From an uncultured Chloroflexia bacterium (GTDB taxonomy: Bacteria; Chloroflexota; Limnocylindria; Limnocylindrales; CSP1-4), in contig CAVRGP010000006.1 in assembly GCA_963720755.1 (NCBI GenBank), forward strand, positions 1 through 64,000: 64,000 nucleotides of DNA, written 5' to 3'. Made by a program: the position numbers and the translations under genes. Below, one piece after another: positions 33,068 through 43,313 of the stretch. Position 1 is the first letter of the stretch, and every line of letters starts with the position of its first letter. The notes under the pieces were generated by a model. The model searched no databases and had not been told where the DNA came from. It was given only the letters and a program-made list of their open reading frames with translations.

Positions 33068-33301
33068 GGATATCCCTCTTGTCCCGGAATCCTACCTGAC
33101 CACCCGGACACTACGCCTGCGGCGCCGGATCGCGTCACGCGCTGGCGGCTCGGCCCGTCCCATGACCTGACGCCGGGCGATCAAGGCAGGCTGATCGATC
33201 GCCCGGCGTCTCCATGCCCGGATACCCGCGCGACGGCATGTCGGGGTAGACTCGGCCCGGCCATTCGAGCCGATCGGTGACAAAGGGGAGTCAACGCCCG
33301 A

Positions 33302-34657
33302 GTGCACGCCACCCGGATCCGGCCCGACACGAGGCCGACAGACGTTCGCCGCCTGACCGCCGCCGGACTGTCGGCGATCCTTCCGGGCCTCGGCCAGGCG
33401 TTCAATCGTCGTCCATCGCTGGCGGCCCTCTTCCTCATCCCGTCGCTGATCGTGCTCGCCATCGGGCTGATCCTGGTGCAACTCCAGTCGCCGGCGCGAC
33501 TCGCCGCCTGGGTGGTGAACCCATCGATCCTCGGCACCCTCCTGACCCTCAACCTCGTCTTCCTGGTGTGGCGACTCATCGCCGTCGGCCAGGCCTTCCT
33601 CGATACCCGACGGTCGGGTCCGGCCGGTCGCCTGGGGATCGTCGGGATCATCGTCATCGCGCTCGCCGTCGTGATCCCCCACCTCGCCATCTACAGCTAC
33701 GGCACACTCCTCGGCGACACGTTCAAGAGCATCTTCACCGGCGCCGTCCTCGGGGCCACCGACGACCCCAGGGGCGGTGGTTTGCCAGCCCCCGGTGACC
33801 ACGAGCGGATCAACATCCTGCTCATCGGTATCGATTCGCGCGGCACGTACACGGCGAACCTGACCGACACGATGATGGTCGCCTCGATCGACCCGGTCGG
33901 GCACTCCGTCTCACTCGTATCGATCCCGCGTGACCTGGTCGACACGCCGTTAGGCGACGGCAACGTCTTCGGTCCAAAGGTGAATTCCCTGTATTCCTAC
34001 GCCGGGGCCCATCCCGACGAGTTCCCGGCAGGTGGGATGCGAACGCTCCAGAACGCCCTCGGCGCGCTCCTGGGAATCCCGATCCAGTACTACGCCCAGG
34101 TGGATTTCAAGGGCTTCGTCAAGATCGTCAATTCGGTGGGTGGGGTCGATATCGTCGCCCCCCGTTCATTCGACGACCCGACCTACCCCAAATGGGGCCG
34201 CGGCCACCGTGGCTTCTCCATCACCGCCGGGCCGCACCATCTGGATGGCCAGGACGCCCTCGCCTACGCCCGATCGCGCAAGGCCCCCGGCGAAAGCGAC
34301 TTCACGAGACAGGCCCGCCAGCAACAGATCCTGCTCGCGCTCAAGGCGCAGGCAACCAGGGCCGGCAGCCTCCTGTTCCAACTACCGGACCTGCTCGGAG
34401 CCGTGGGCAAGACGGTCCACACGGACGTCCCCGTCGATCGCCTGCCGGACCTCGCGGCGATCGTCGATGAGGTCGGGCGCGACGGGGTGACGAGCGTGGT
34501 CATCCAGGCGCCGCTGGTCCACGGGATCATCGGCCAGTACGGGAGCTCGCAGGAGCCGCGCCTCACCCGGATCCGGGCGATGGCCGCCGCCCTCTTCTCG
34601 ACACCGGGTGAGCCGCCGACGGCATGGCCCACGCCGGAACCGACGCCGAGTTCCTAG
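33302..34657 (+). CDS. LCP (LytR-CpsA-Psr) family glycopolymer transferase
   Basis: INILLIGID, TDTMMV, VSIPRD, ALAYARSR, SDFTRQARQQ. Confidence 0.93.
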   Translation: MHATRIRPDTRPTDVRRLTAAGLSAILPGLGQAFNRRPSLAALFLIPSLIVLAIGLILVQLQSPARLAAWVVNPSILGTLLTLNLVFLVWRLIAVGQAFLDTRRSGPAGRLGIVGIIVIALAVVIPHLAIYSYGTLLGDTFKSIFTGAVLGATDDPRGGGLPAPGDHERINILLIGIDSRGTYTANLTDTMMVASIDPVGHSVSLVSIPRDLVDTPLGDGNVFGPKVNSLYSYAGAHPDEFPAGGMRTLQNALGALLGIPIQYYAQVDFKGFVKIVNSVGGVDIVAPRSFDDPTYPKWGRGHRGFSITAGPHHLDGQDALAYARSRKAPGESDFTRQARQQQILLALKAQATRAGSLLFQLPDLLGAVGKTVHTDVPVDRLPDLAAIVDEVGRDGVTSVVIQAPLVHGIIGQYGSSQEPRLTRIRAMAAALFSTPGEPPTAWPTPEPTPSS

Positions 34658-34677
34658 CCCTCAGAACCCCAGGGCGG
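34624..34677. repeat. 54-bp direct repeat, copy 1 (contains the LCP stop)
   Basis: 52/54 identical to 35022-35075. Confidence 0.92.
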
Positions 34678-35021
34678 GCACCGGTCCTCGCGCCGGTCCC
34701 AGGCGCACGACCCAACGCACGGGCCGCGTGCGCAGGACCTGGCTCGCCGGCCCAGGACCCAGCTCGCCTCTCGGCCGGCTGGCGCACGACCCGTCGCGCG
34801 GACATTACCCGGCAGGATTCTCATGCACGGACCGTAATGCCGAGTCGGCCGCCGGCGCGGGCCCCAACGACGGCCGCGCCGGCGGGCCCGACGCACGGAA
34901 TGGGCTGCGACGACCGGTCGCGAGGCGGCATCTGACCAGCCGACCGGGTCGAAACCAGCCATAACGGTCTGGTGGAGGCAATCTTGCCGACTACCCGTGT
35001 CCGGGCCGGGCTGCCGTCCCG

Positions 35022-35075
35022 ATGGCCCACTCCGGAACCGACGCCGAGTTCCTGGCCCTCAGAACCCCAGGGCGG
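35022..35075. repeat. 54-bp direct repeat, copy 2 (contains the rdgB stop)
   Basis: 52/54 identical to 34624-34677. Confidence 0.92.
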
Positions 35076-35691
35076 AGAGCCGGCGGACCATCCGGCGGGC
35101 TGCGCGGGCGCGGTGGGAGATCGCGTGCTTCTCGGCCGGGGTCCACAGACCGAGGGTCCGTCCACCGGGCGGCTCGGACGCCGGCTCGAAGATCGGGTCG
35201 TAGCCGAACCCGCCGGTTCCCTTCGGCGCGGTCGAGATCCGGCCGCGACAGGTGCCCCTGGTAAAGACTGGATCGAAACCTCCGCGCGGACCGAGCGCGT
35301 CCGGCATCGCGAGGGCGAGGACACACACGTAGCGAGCGCCGCGCCTGGCCGCCGGGAGCCCGTCAAGGGCGGCGAGCAACCGGCGATTGTTGTCCTCGTC
35401 GGTCGCATCCTCGCCCGCATACCGGCGGGTCCGCACACCTGGCCCGCCGTCGAGGGCGTCCACCTCGATCCCCGAGTCGTCGGCCAGGGTCGGCAGCCCG
35501 CTCGCCCGGACCCCGAACCGGGCCTTGATCGCCGCGTTCGTTTCGAACGTCTCGCCATCCTCGATCGGGTCGCCGGCGATGCCCAGGTCGTCGAGTGAGA
35601 CCAGGTCGGTGTGCTCGAGCGCGAGCAGTTCCCGCAACTCGCGCAGCTTGTGGACGGAGCGCGTCGCGACCAGCAGGCGCCGTCGGGTCAC
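35059..35691 (-). CDS. rdgB: Non-canonical purine NTP pyrophosphatase (RdgB/HAM1)
   Basis: [35 protein letters not shown]; GTG start overlapping the rph stop. Confidence 0.93.
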   Translation of the reverse strand: MTRRRLLVATRSVHKLRELRELLALEHTDLVSLDDLGIAGDPIEDGETFETNAAIKARFGVRASGLPTLADDSGIEVDALDGGPGVRTRRYAGEDATDEDNNRRLLAALDGLPAARRGARYVCVLALAMPDALGPRGGFDPVFTRGTCRGRISTAPKGTGGFGYDPIFEPASEPPGGRTLGLWTPAEKHAISHRARAARRMVRRLSALGF

Positions 35692-36425
35692 CGTCGGACG
35701 GTTGCCAGGATCGCGGTCTGGGCATCGAACAGGCGGGTCAGGCCGGCATCGGCCAGGTCGAGCAGGCCGTCGCTGGCAGCCCGGTCGAATGGTAGGCCCT
35801 CGGCCGTGCCCTGGAGCTCGACGTAGGCGCCGGCGTCCGTGCCGACCACGTTGAAGTCGACATCGGCGCGCGAATCCTCCGAGTAGTCGAGATCGAGGAG
35901 CGGCACCCCGTCGACCAATCCGACCGAAACGGCGGCCACCTTGCCGACCAGGTGCCGGTCCATGCCGTAGGTGATCAGGGCCGCGGCGAGCGCGACGTAC
36001 CCACCGGTGATCGACGCCGTGCGGGTCCCACCGTCGGCCTGGAGGACGTCGCAATCGACCGTGATCGTCCGCTCGCCGAGCCGGGTGAGGTCCACGGCAT
36101 CGCGCAGCGACCGCCCGATGAGACGCTGGATCTCGTGCGTCCGGCCACCGATCTTGCCGCGCACCGACTCCCGGTCCGTCCGCTCCGCCGTGGCTCGCGG
36201 CAGCATCGAATACTCGGCCGTGACCCAGCCGGTTCCCTTGCCGCGCAGATGGGGCGGCACTCGATCGGCGATCGTGGCCGCGCACAGGACTTCCGTGTCG
36301 CCGACCCTGATCCGGCATGATCCCTCGGCCCATTTCTGGACACCGAGGGTGAAGGTGACGGGTCGGAGGTCGTTGGGTCCGCGCCCGTCGGCCCTGACAG
36401 TGGGCGGCCGATTGCCGATGGTCAT
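35688..36425 (-). CDS. rph: Ribonuclease PH
   Basis: [52 protein letters not shown]. Confidence 0.97.
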   Translation of the reverse strand: MTIGNRPPTVRADGRGPNDLRPVTFTLGVQKWAEGSCRIRVGDTEVLCAATIADRVPPHLRGKGTGWVTAEYSMLPRATAERTDRESVRGKIGGRTHEIQRLIGRSLRDAVDLTRLGERTITVDCDVLQADGGTRTASITGGYVALAAALITYGMDRHLVGKVAAVSVGLVDGVPLLDLDYSEDSRADVDFNVVGTDAGAYVELQGTAEGLPFDRAASDGLLDLADAGLTRLFDAQTAILATVRR

Positions 36426-37552
36426 GTGGTCCTCTCCTCAGCCTTGGCGGCATCCCAGAGCGCATCGAGCGCATCGAAGTCGAGATCGCGCAGGGCGACC
36501 CCTTTGGCGGCGGCGGCACGTTCGACGCTGGCGAACCGACGCTTGAACTTGGCATTGGCCGACCTGACCGCGGACTCGGCCTCGATCCCGGACCGTCGGG
36601 CGAGATTGACGAGCACGAACAGCAAGTCTCCGAATTCCTCGGCCCGCGCGCCGTCCGTCGACGCCTGGCGGAATTCCTCCGCCTCCTCGGTCACCTTCTC
36701 GAGCACGCCATCGATCGACGGCCAGTCGTAGCCGAGATTGGCGGCCCGCTCCTGCATCTCCTGGCTGGCCGCCAGCGCCGGCATGGACGGGCTGATCCCG
36801 TCGAGCGCGCCATCCGGCGTCGCGGACGACGCCCGTTCGTCGGCCTTGATCCGCTCCCACTGGCGGTTGACGTCCGACGCGGTGCGAGCCACAGCGTCCC
36901 CGAAGACATGGGGATGGCGCCGGACGATCTTGGACGCGATCGCCGCCTGGACATCGGACAGGTCGAACACGCCGGCCTCAGCCGCCAGTTGGGCGTGCAG
37001 CACGATCTGGAGCCAGAGATCGCCCAGCTCGCCGGCAAGTTCAGGGGTGGCCCCCGCCTCGAGCGCGTCGTAGACCTCGTAGGCTTCCTCGAGCAGGTGC
37101 TTGCGCAACGACGTATGGGTCTGCTCCCGGTCCCACGGGCAGCCGTCGGGGGCGCGGAGCCGAGCCGAGATCCAGGGCATCGCCCACGGACCGGCGACCG
37201 CCAGCTCCGGCGCGACCGGAGCCAGGTACAGGGCCCCCTCGAGCGCTGGCCGATCGAGGGACCCGATGGTCGTCCCGTCCGGCGCCCCGAACCGCCCGAC
37301 CGGATGGTCTGACGGGTACAGGCGGTGGAGCACGTCGATCGGGTCGGCGCCGCGAGGACCCGCTCGACCAGGCAGGGCCGCAGATCCCACCCCGTGGTCG
37401 TCGGCTCGGAGCGATGCGAGCGGCACGATCAGGACCGGGCGCGACGGCTCGATCGGGCTCGCGACGAGGGCCTCCGCGGCGATGACCTGGATGCCTTCCG
37501 CCGGATCGAATCCCCAGCGAAGTCGCGCCTCTGCGACGAGCGCGTCGAGCAC
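36422..37552 (-). CDS. mazG: Nucleoside triphosphate pyrophosphohydrolase MazG
   Basis: [33 protein letters not shown], second EEFGDLLF domain. Confidence 0.93.
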   Translation of the reverse strand: MLDALVAEARLRWGFDPAEGIQVIAAEALVASPIEPSRPVLIVPLASLRADDHGVGSAALPGRAGPRGADPIDVLHRLYPSDHPVGRFGAPDGTTIGSLDRPALEGALYLAPVAPELAVAGPWAMPWISARLRAPDGCPWDREQTHTSLRKHLLEEAYEVYDALEAGATPELAGELGDLWLQIVLHAQLAAEAGVFDLSDVQAAIASKIVRRHPHVFGDAVARTASDVNRQWERIKADERASSATPDGALDGISPSMPALAASQEMQERAANLGYDWPSIDGVLEKVTEEAEEFRQASTDGARAEEFGDLLFVLVNLARRSGIEAESAVRSANAKFKRRFASVERAAAAKGVALRDLDFDALDALWDAAKAEERTT

Positions 37553-37567
37553 TCGCCCCCTCCTTGC

Positions 37568-39307
37568 CTAGTTGAGCGTGGTGGGTACGGAACTGTCGGC
37601 TCGCTGGATGTCTGCGGCCGCCTTCTTCGCGTCATACCACTTCGTGAACGCGGTCGAGGTCAACTCGTCGAGCTGACGTCCCTCGGGGGTGCGGGTCTCC
37701 TCGGCCGTGACCTTGAACAGGTACGTGCCGTCCCCGGAGACCGCCACCACGTCCGACGTCTGGCCGATCGGGGTGGCGAAGATCGCTGCCGTGAGCTTGT
37801 CGTCGAGCTGACCCTTGGCGACCCACCCGAGGTCGCCGCCGGTGCCGGCGGTGGGCGCCTCCGAATTGTCCCGGGCCAGGATCGCGAAGTCGGCGCCGCT
37901 GTCCGCCTCCTGCTTGAGCATCTGGAAATGGGCCTCGTCGGTCGGGTGGTACATCACCTGGATGACGTGCCAGCCGAAGCCGGACTTGACCGGTTCGAGG
38001 ATCTGCCCGTCCTTGAGGCCGGGCACCAGGATGGCGGCCAGGAAGGCGGCGTCCACCTGGCTCTGGCTGTCGAAGTACGGGAGCTTCCCGCCGGTGCCGG
38101 TCGGGCCTTGCGCCGCGGTCTCGTCGCTCTCGGTCCGGGCGATCGAGTCGAACACCTCCGGGTTCGCCTGCAGTCGCACGTACGCGGCAAGCGCCTGCTG
38201 GCGCGCGATCTCCCAGGCAGGGTCGTCCGCCGAGAGGCTCGAGGCGTTGGTGGGGTCGCCGTTCGGGGAATACAGGATGTGGCGGGTCTTGATCGCATCC
38301 GCGCCGAGATCGGGTGCCGGTTCCTTGGCGTAGATCTCCTGGACCTGGCGCTGTGGAGCCGCGCCGGTCAGGCCGGCGACGAGCTTGGCCTGGAGGTTTG
38401 CATGGATCACGTCCGCGGCGAGGACCTTGCGGTACTGGTCGAGCGTGACGCCGTCGTTGACGAGCGTGGTCTGGTACTGGGCGTCGACCGACTCGGGTGC
38501 GATCTCGGTCACCCGGCCGATCCGATAGGCGCCGTCGGCGCCGACGATGACCGCCGTGGGTTCGTTGACCTTGGCAGCGAAGACCGCCTTGAGGAAGGAC
38601 TCGTCGGACTGCGTCGCGTCCGCCCGAGCCCAACCGAGATCGCCACCCAGCGGTGCGCTGGACGATTCCGTCGATACGGTCTTGGCGACGTCCTCCCAGG
38701 CCTTCCCGGAAGCGAGGTCGGCAAGCGCCGCGTCGGCCTTGGCCCTGGCCTCGTCCGCCTGGGCCTGCGTCGGCTGGACGGCACCAGGATCCGTCACCGG
38801 CTTGACCTCGATCATCCAGATGTGCCGCTCCTCGGGCGTCGTCGCGTCCTTGGTGAACTGGGCATCGATCTCTTCGGGCGTCGCGGTCACGCCCTCCTCG
38901 CCGGCAAGCTGCGACTGGAGGGTCGCATCGATGAGTCGCTCGAGCGAAACGGTCTGGATCTGACCGAGCGCCGAGGTGATCGACTGCTGCTGCTGGGAGC
39001 CCTGCGCCTGGGTCAACTGACCCGCGGCCACGGCCGTCGAGATGCGGCGTCCCGTCTCGGTCAGTCGCCAGCTGTCGACCGCGACGCGGTCGCGCAGGTC
39101 GTCCTTCGTGATCGACTGGCCGTTGACGCTGCCGACCGATGCGAGATGCTCGTTGTAGTAATTCAGCCCGGCCGCGATGAGGAGCATGGCGATGCCGACG
39201 ACAACGACGATCCCGAACCCGATGTTCAGGTAGAAGTTCCGCCGATCCTGGGTCTCCCAAGCGGGCCGGTGGGCGCGCTTGACGACGGGCTTGGCACGAA
39301 AGGTCAT
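37568..39307 (-). CDS. Membrane-anchored parvulin-type peptidyl-prolyl isomerase (SurA/PrsA-like)
   Basis: N-terminal TM; repeated GGDLGW, RHIL and PVKSGFGWHVI rotamase motifs. Confidence 0.88.
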   Translation of the reverse strand: MTFRAKPVVKRAHRPAWETQDRRNFYLNIGFGIVVVVGIAMLLIAAGLNYYNEHLASVGSVNGQSITKDDLRDRVAVDSWRLTETGRRISTAVAAGQLTQAQGSQQQQSITSALGQIQTVSLERLIDATLQSQLAGEEGVTATPEEIDAQFTKDATTPEERHIWMIEVKPVTDPGAVQPTQAQADEARAKADAALADLASGKAWEDVAKTVSTESSSAPLGGDLGWARADATQSDESFLKAVFAAKVNEPTAVIVGADGAYRIGRVTEIAPESVDAQYQTTLVNDGVTLDQYRKVLAADVIHANLQAKLVAGLTGAAPQRQVQEIYAKEPAPDLGADAIKTRHILYSPNGDPTNASSLSADDPAWEIARQQALAAYVRLQANPEVFDSIARTESDETAAQGPTGTGGKLPYFDSQSQVDAAFLAAILVPGLKDGQILEPVKSGFGWHVIQVMYHPTDEAHFQMLKQEADSGADFAILARDNSEAPTAGTGGDLGWVAKGQLDDKLTAAIFATPIGQTSDVVAVSGDGTYLFKVTAEETRTPEGRQLDELTSTAFTKWYDAKKAAADIQRADSSVPTTLN

Positions 39308-39404
39308 GGTGCGGTCGATTCCTGTCACATGGCCGGCAGAGGCCGGGGATGGAGGGCCGCGGTATGGTACACCGAGGCCCCGAAAGGCCGCGACCGCAGC
39401 GTTG

Positions 39405-40581
39405 TCAGTGTTCTCCCGCCCGGGTCAATGACGGGATGATCAGTTCATTCGTGACGCGAGCCGTGGACTTGCCATCCGCGACATCGAACGACGCCTCCCG
39501 GAATCGGGCCACCCGTTCGAGGTCGAAGGCGCCTGCGCGCAGGAACGCCGCCAGCGCCTCGGTCGTCTCGAAGATCGGCCCGGGCACTCCCGTCCGGTAG
39601 TCGAAGTAGAAGCCCCGCTCGCGCTCGTACGTCTCGTAGTCGGGTGCGAAGAAGACCATCGGTCGGTCAAGCAGGGCGAATTCGAAGATCGCGCTGGAGT
39701 AGTCCGTCACGAGGATGTCGCTGACGAGCATCAACTCGTTGATGTCCGGGTAGTCGGACACGTCGATGGCGAAGTCGGCCAGGTCGGGTCCGATGACCGT
39801 CGCGGATCGCACGAACGGATGGAGCCGGACGAGGAGCACGTGGTCGTCGGCCAGGCTCGCCTGCAGGACACCCAGATCCAGGTCGTCGGTCGCGTGGGCG
39901 TTGGTGATCGTGTCGCCCCGGAACGTCGGGGCATACAGGATGATCCGACGGTCCTCGTCCAGTCCGTATCGGGACCGGACCGCGGCCCTCGTCCGCTCGA
40001 GCCGGTCGTCGCCGAACAGGACATCCGTGCGCGGGATCCCCAGGTCGGAGCGGAAGCGGGTCAGCGGCTGGCGGAACGCCTCGGCATAGGCTGGCGCCGA
40101 GGCCTGCGACGCGACGAGGCAGACGTCGTAATTCGAGTGGATCGCGACCCGATCGACCAGCATTCTCGTCGGCTCCGAACGACCGGTCGAGCAGGCTGTA
40201 GCCGACCTTCTTGAACGCGCCGCAGGCATGCCACGTCTGGATGATCGTCGTGCCCGGACGAGGGTGGATGACGTAGATCGCGAAGAAGTAGTCGTCGACG
40301 ATGAAGACGCGCGATGTCGCCAGGTAGTAGCCGGCCGAGACGGCCTGGCCCATCGCGGCCAGCCGGCCCCGGACGCCGCGAGCCGGTCGACGGGCGAGGA
40401 CGACGACCGGGATCGACGGGTGGTTCGCGGTCAGCTCGGCGTGGATGGCGGCGAGGTTCCCGGCGAGACGGGCGGAGTGCGCCGTGGCCAGGACGACCCG
40501 CCGGCGCATGGGCAGGTGCCGGGCCGTGGCGAAGGCGATCCGGACCAGGCCGATCCGGATGGTGAGGACGATGCCACGCAT
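39405..40581 (-). CDS. CDP-glycerol/ribitol glycerophosphotransferase (TagF/TarF-like), frameshift near 40165
   Basis: QTWHACGAFKK in ORF 39667-40662; PRTD, ILYAPTFRG, LHP and SDILVTDYSS in ORF 39405-40229. Confidence 0.85.
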
Positions 40582-40757
40582 CAGGGCAGCAGGCACTCGG
40601 CGACGAACCGGGTTGGGGCGCGTACTGGCATCTGCCTCCCGACGATCCGCGCGTCGCAGCATCCGCCGCGCTCAGTGGCGGATGATAGCCCGGCTGCGAT
40701 CCACCGGTTCATATCGCGTACGCTCTGGCTGACAGCGGTCGCGCACCGGAGGACTCC

Positions 40758-41444
40758 ATGAAGATCGGGATGATCGTGCTCGCCGGGGGCGTCGGGAAGC
40801 GCATCGGGCGACCCGCGCCGAAGCAGTTCCTCCTGCTCGGCGGGAAGCCGCTCATCATCCACGTGCTCGAGAAGGCACGGGTCATCAAGGAGATCGACCG
40901 GGTCGTCATCACCTGTCCGGAGGCATACCTGGAGGAGACCCGGCAGCTCATCGCCAACCACGGATTCGACGACCGCTTCAGCTGCATCGTCGGCGGTGGG
41001 TCGCGCCAGGAGTCGGCGTATCTCGGCCTGCAGCGATTGAGCGAATGCGACTCGGTGATCATCCACGAGGCCGTCCGGCCGCTGGTGACGGTCGACGAGT
41101 TCCGGGCGCTCATCGCCGCCGACGACCCCAATGCGATGTTCGGGATCCCCATCCCGTTCACCGTCCTGCAGGGCCACGACTACGTGGAAGGTCTGCTCGC
41201 ACGCGACGAACTGGTCAATGTCCAGCTCCCGCAAAAGTTCGACCGGGCCCGGCTGGCCGCCGCGCACGAAGCGGCTCGGGCGGACGGGGCGATCTTCACC
41301 GAAGACGCGAGCCTGTTCCACCAGTACGCGAACGAGCCGGTCCGGATCCTGCCCGGGTCGGAACGGAACATCAAGATCACCGTCCCCACCGATATCGTGA
41401 CCGCGGAAGCGATCTACGCCGACTCGATCGGGCGCGTGGGCTGA
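40758..41444 (+). CDS. IspD/TarI family cytidylyltransferase
   Basis: LAGGVGKRIG..PKQFL, GGGSRQES, IHEAVRP, NIKIT. Confidence 0.92.
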   Translation: MKIGMIVLAGGVGKRIGRPAPKQFLLLGGKPLIIHVLEKARVIKEIDRVVITCPEAYLEETRQLIANHGFDDRFSCIVGGGSRQESAYLGLQRLSECDSVIIHEAVRPLVTVDEFRALIAADDPNAMFGIPIPFTVLQGHDYVEGLLARDELVNVQLPQKFDRARLAAAHEAARADGAIFTEDASLFHQYANEPVRILPGSERNIKITVPTDIVTAEAIYADSIGRVG

Positions 41445-41448
41445 CCCG

Positions 41449-42153
41449 ATGGCCAAGGTCTGCGTGATCACCGGGGCCAGCCAGGGCATCGGCCGGGCCG
41501 CCGCGGTTCGGATGAGCCGCGACCCCGATGTCGGCACGCTGGTCCTCATCGCGCGGAACGCCTCGGGCCTCGAGGGAACTCGGGCCGAGATGGGCCAGAC
41601 CGACAAGGCGGTCGAGCTGATCCCCTACGACCTCATGGCTCTTGACGGGATCCCCGCCCTGGTGCGCGGGATCCACGAGGCCCATGGGAGCATCGACGTC
41701 CTGCTCAACATCGCCGGGTACGCCGACCCGCGATCGCTCCTGGACACGGAGATCGACAACATCCAGAAGACGTACACGATCAACGTCTTCGCCATGCTGG
41801 TGCTCATCCGCGAGACGGTCAGGTTCATGTACGACCGGCCGGCAAAGATCCTCAATGTCGCCTCGACCGCCGGGATCACCTCCCGGCCCGGCTGGCTCGC
41901 CTACGCCTCGTCCAAGGCGGCCGTCGTGTCCCTGTCCGCGACCCTGGCCGATGAGCTGGCGGGCAGCGGGATCAAGGTCTACAGCATCTCGCCCGGCCGG
42001 ACGGCCACCGAACTCCGACGCAAGCTCGCGCCGGAGGAGGATCCGTCGTCGATCATGCAGCCGAGCCAGGTCGCCGACGTCATCGCCCAACTCATGAGCG
42101 ACACCGAGGTCACCCTCGACGGTCAGAACATCGTCGTTCGGACCCGGGCCTGA
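41449..42153 (+). CDS. SDR family oxidoreductase (candidate ribulose-5-P reductase)
   Basis: TGASQGIG, NVASTAG, YASSK, SPGRTATELR. Confidence 0.88.
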   Translation: MAKVCVITGASQGIGRAAAVRMSRDPDVGTLVLIARNASGLEGTRAEMGQTDKAVELIPYDLMALDGIPALVRGIHEAHGSIDVLLNIAGYADPRSLLDTEIDNIQKTYTINVFAMLVLIRETVRFMYDRPAKILNVASTAGITSRPGWLAYASSKAAVVSLSATLADELAGSGIKVYSISPGRTATELRRKLAPEEDPSSIMQPSQVADVIAQLMSDTEVTLDGQNIVVRTRA

Positions 42154-42161
42154 CCGGACGG

Positions 42162-43310
42162 ATGCGCCTGCTCGAATACCGGCTCGCGAGCGCGCTGCTC
42201 CGTCTCGTCCGGCTCATCGCGATGCGCCTCCCGACCCACCCCGAGCGGGTCGTGCTGGCGACCGCACGGGTCGCCACGCTCGACGGCAATCTGCTCTACA
42301 TCGATCAGGCGCTGCGCGCGCGGCATCCCGAGCTCGACTACGTCCACCTGCTCGAACCGTACAGCTACGGATTGACCGGCAAGATCGCCTATCTCGTCCG
42401 GCTCATCCGAGGCATGTATCACCTCCAGACGGCGGGCCTGTTCATCGTCGACAACGCCTATCTGCCCATCCACGTGGCGCCGCATCGAGCATCGACGACC
42501 GTCGTCCAGGTCTGGCATGCGGCCGGCGCCCTCAAGCGCTTCGGCCTGGACACGGCGCGACCGCCGGCGGAGCCTGAGCGGACCTTCCTGCATCGCTATT
42601 ACGACTGGGTCGTCGTCGGTGGTGAGTGGACCCGGGGGCCCTATGCGGCCGCGCTGCGGACGCCGCTCGAGCGGGTGCTCGCGCTCGGTTCGCCGCGGAC
42701 CGATGCGTTCTTCGACGAAGCGGCCCTTGCTGCGGCGCGCGAGCGAGTCGTCGCCCGGCATCCTGGTCTCGCCGGTCGACGCGTCGTCCTGTATGCACCG
42801 ACATTCCGCGGTCGCGGCATCGGCAAGCGAGCGGCACCCGGACTCGACGGCGCCAAGCTGCGCGCCGGACTGTCGAACGAGTACGTCCTCGTGCTCAAGA
42901 CGCACCCGAACCTCGATCCGGCGGCCACGAACGTCGATGGCTTCGATGTCATCGCGGATCCGGCCAGCGAGATCAACGATCTGCTTGCCCTGACCGATGT
43001 CCTGATCACCGACTACTCGTCGTCGGTCATCGAGTTCGCCATCCTCCATCGCCCGATCATCCTGCTCATCCCGGACCTGGCAGAGTACGAACGGGATCCC
43101 GGGCTGTACCTCGACTACCGGACCGACATGATCGGGGTCCAGGTCACCGATACCGAGGCGCTCCTTGACGCGATCCTTCAGGATCGATCCGACATCGACG
43201 CCTACGACTCGTTCATCGAGCGACAACTCGGGCCACACCACGGTGGGGCGAGCGACCGGTTCGTCGACCGGTTCATCGACGGTCGAATGGCCGGCGACGG
43301 GCGGCGCTGA
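42162..43310 (+). CDS. CDP-glycerol/ribitol glycerophosphotransferase (TagF/TarF-like)
   Basis: QVWHAAGALKRFG, GSPRTD, LYAPTFRG, KTHP, LITDYSS. Confidence 0.92.
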   Translation: MRLLEYRLASALLRLVRLIAMRLPTHPERVVLATARVATLDGNLLYIDQALRARHPELDYVHLLEPYSYGLTGKIAYLVRLIRGMYHLQTAGLFIVDNAYLPIHVAPHRASTTVVQVWHAAGALKRFGLDTARPPAEPERTFLHRYYDWVVVGGEWTRGPYAAALRTPLERVLALGSPRTDAFFDEAALAAARERVVARHPGLAGRRVVLYAPTFRGRGIGKRAAPGLDGAKLRAGLSNEYVLVLKTHPNLDPAATNVDGFDVIADPASEINDLLALTDVLITDYSSSVIEFAILHRPIILLIPDLAEYERDPGLYLDYRTDMIGVQVTDTEALLDAILQDRSDIDAYDSFIERQLGPHHGGASDRFVDRFIDGRMAGDGRR

Positions 43311-43313
43311 CCG

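Noticed and set aside
34624-35075. DGR template/variable repeat pair
   Set aside because: Only two mismatches, not consistently adenine-specific, and no reverse transcriptase in the window.
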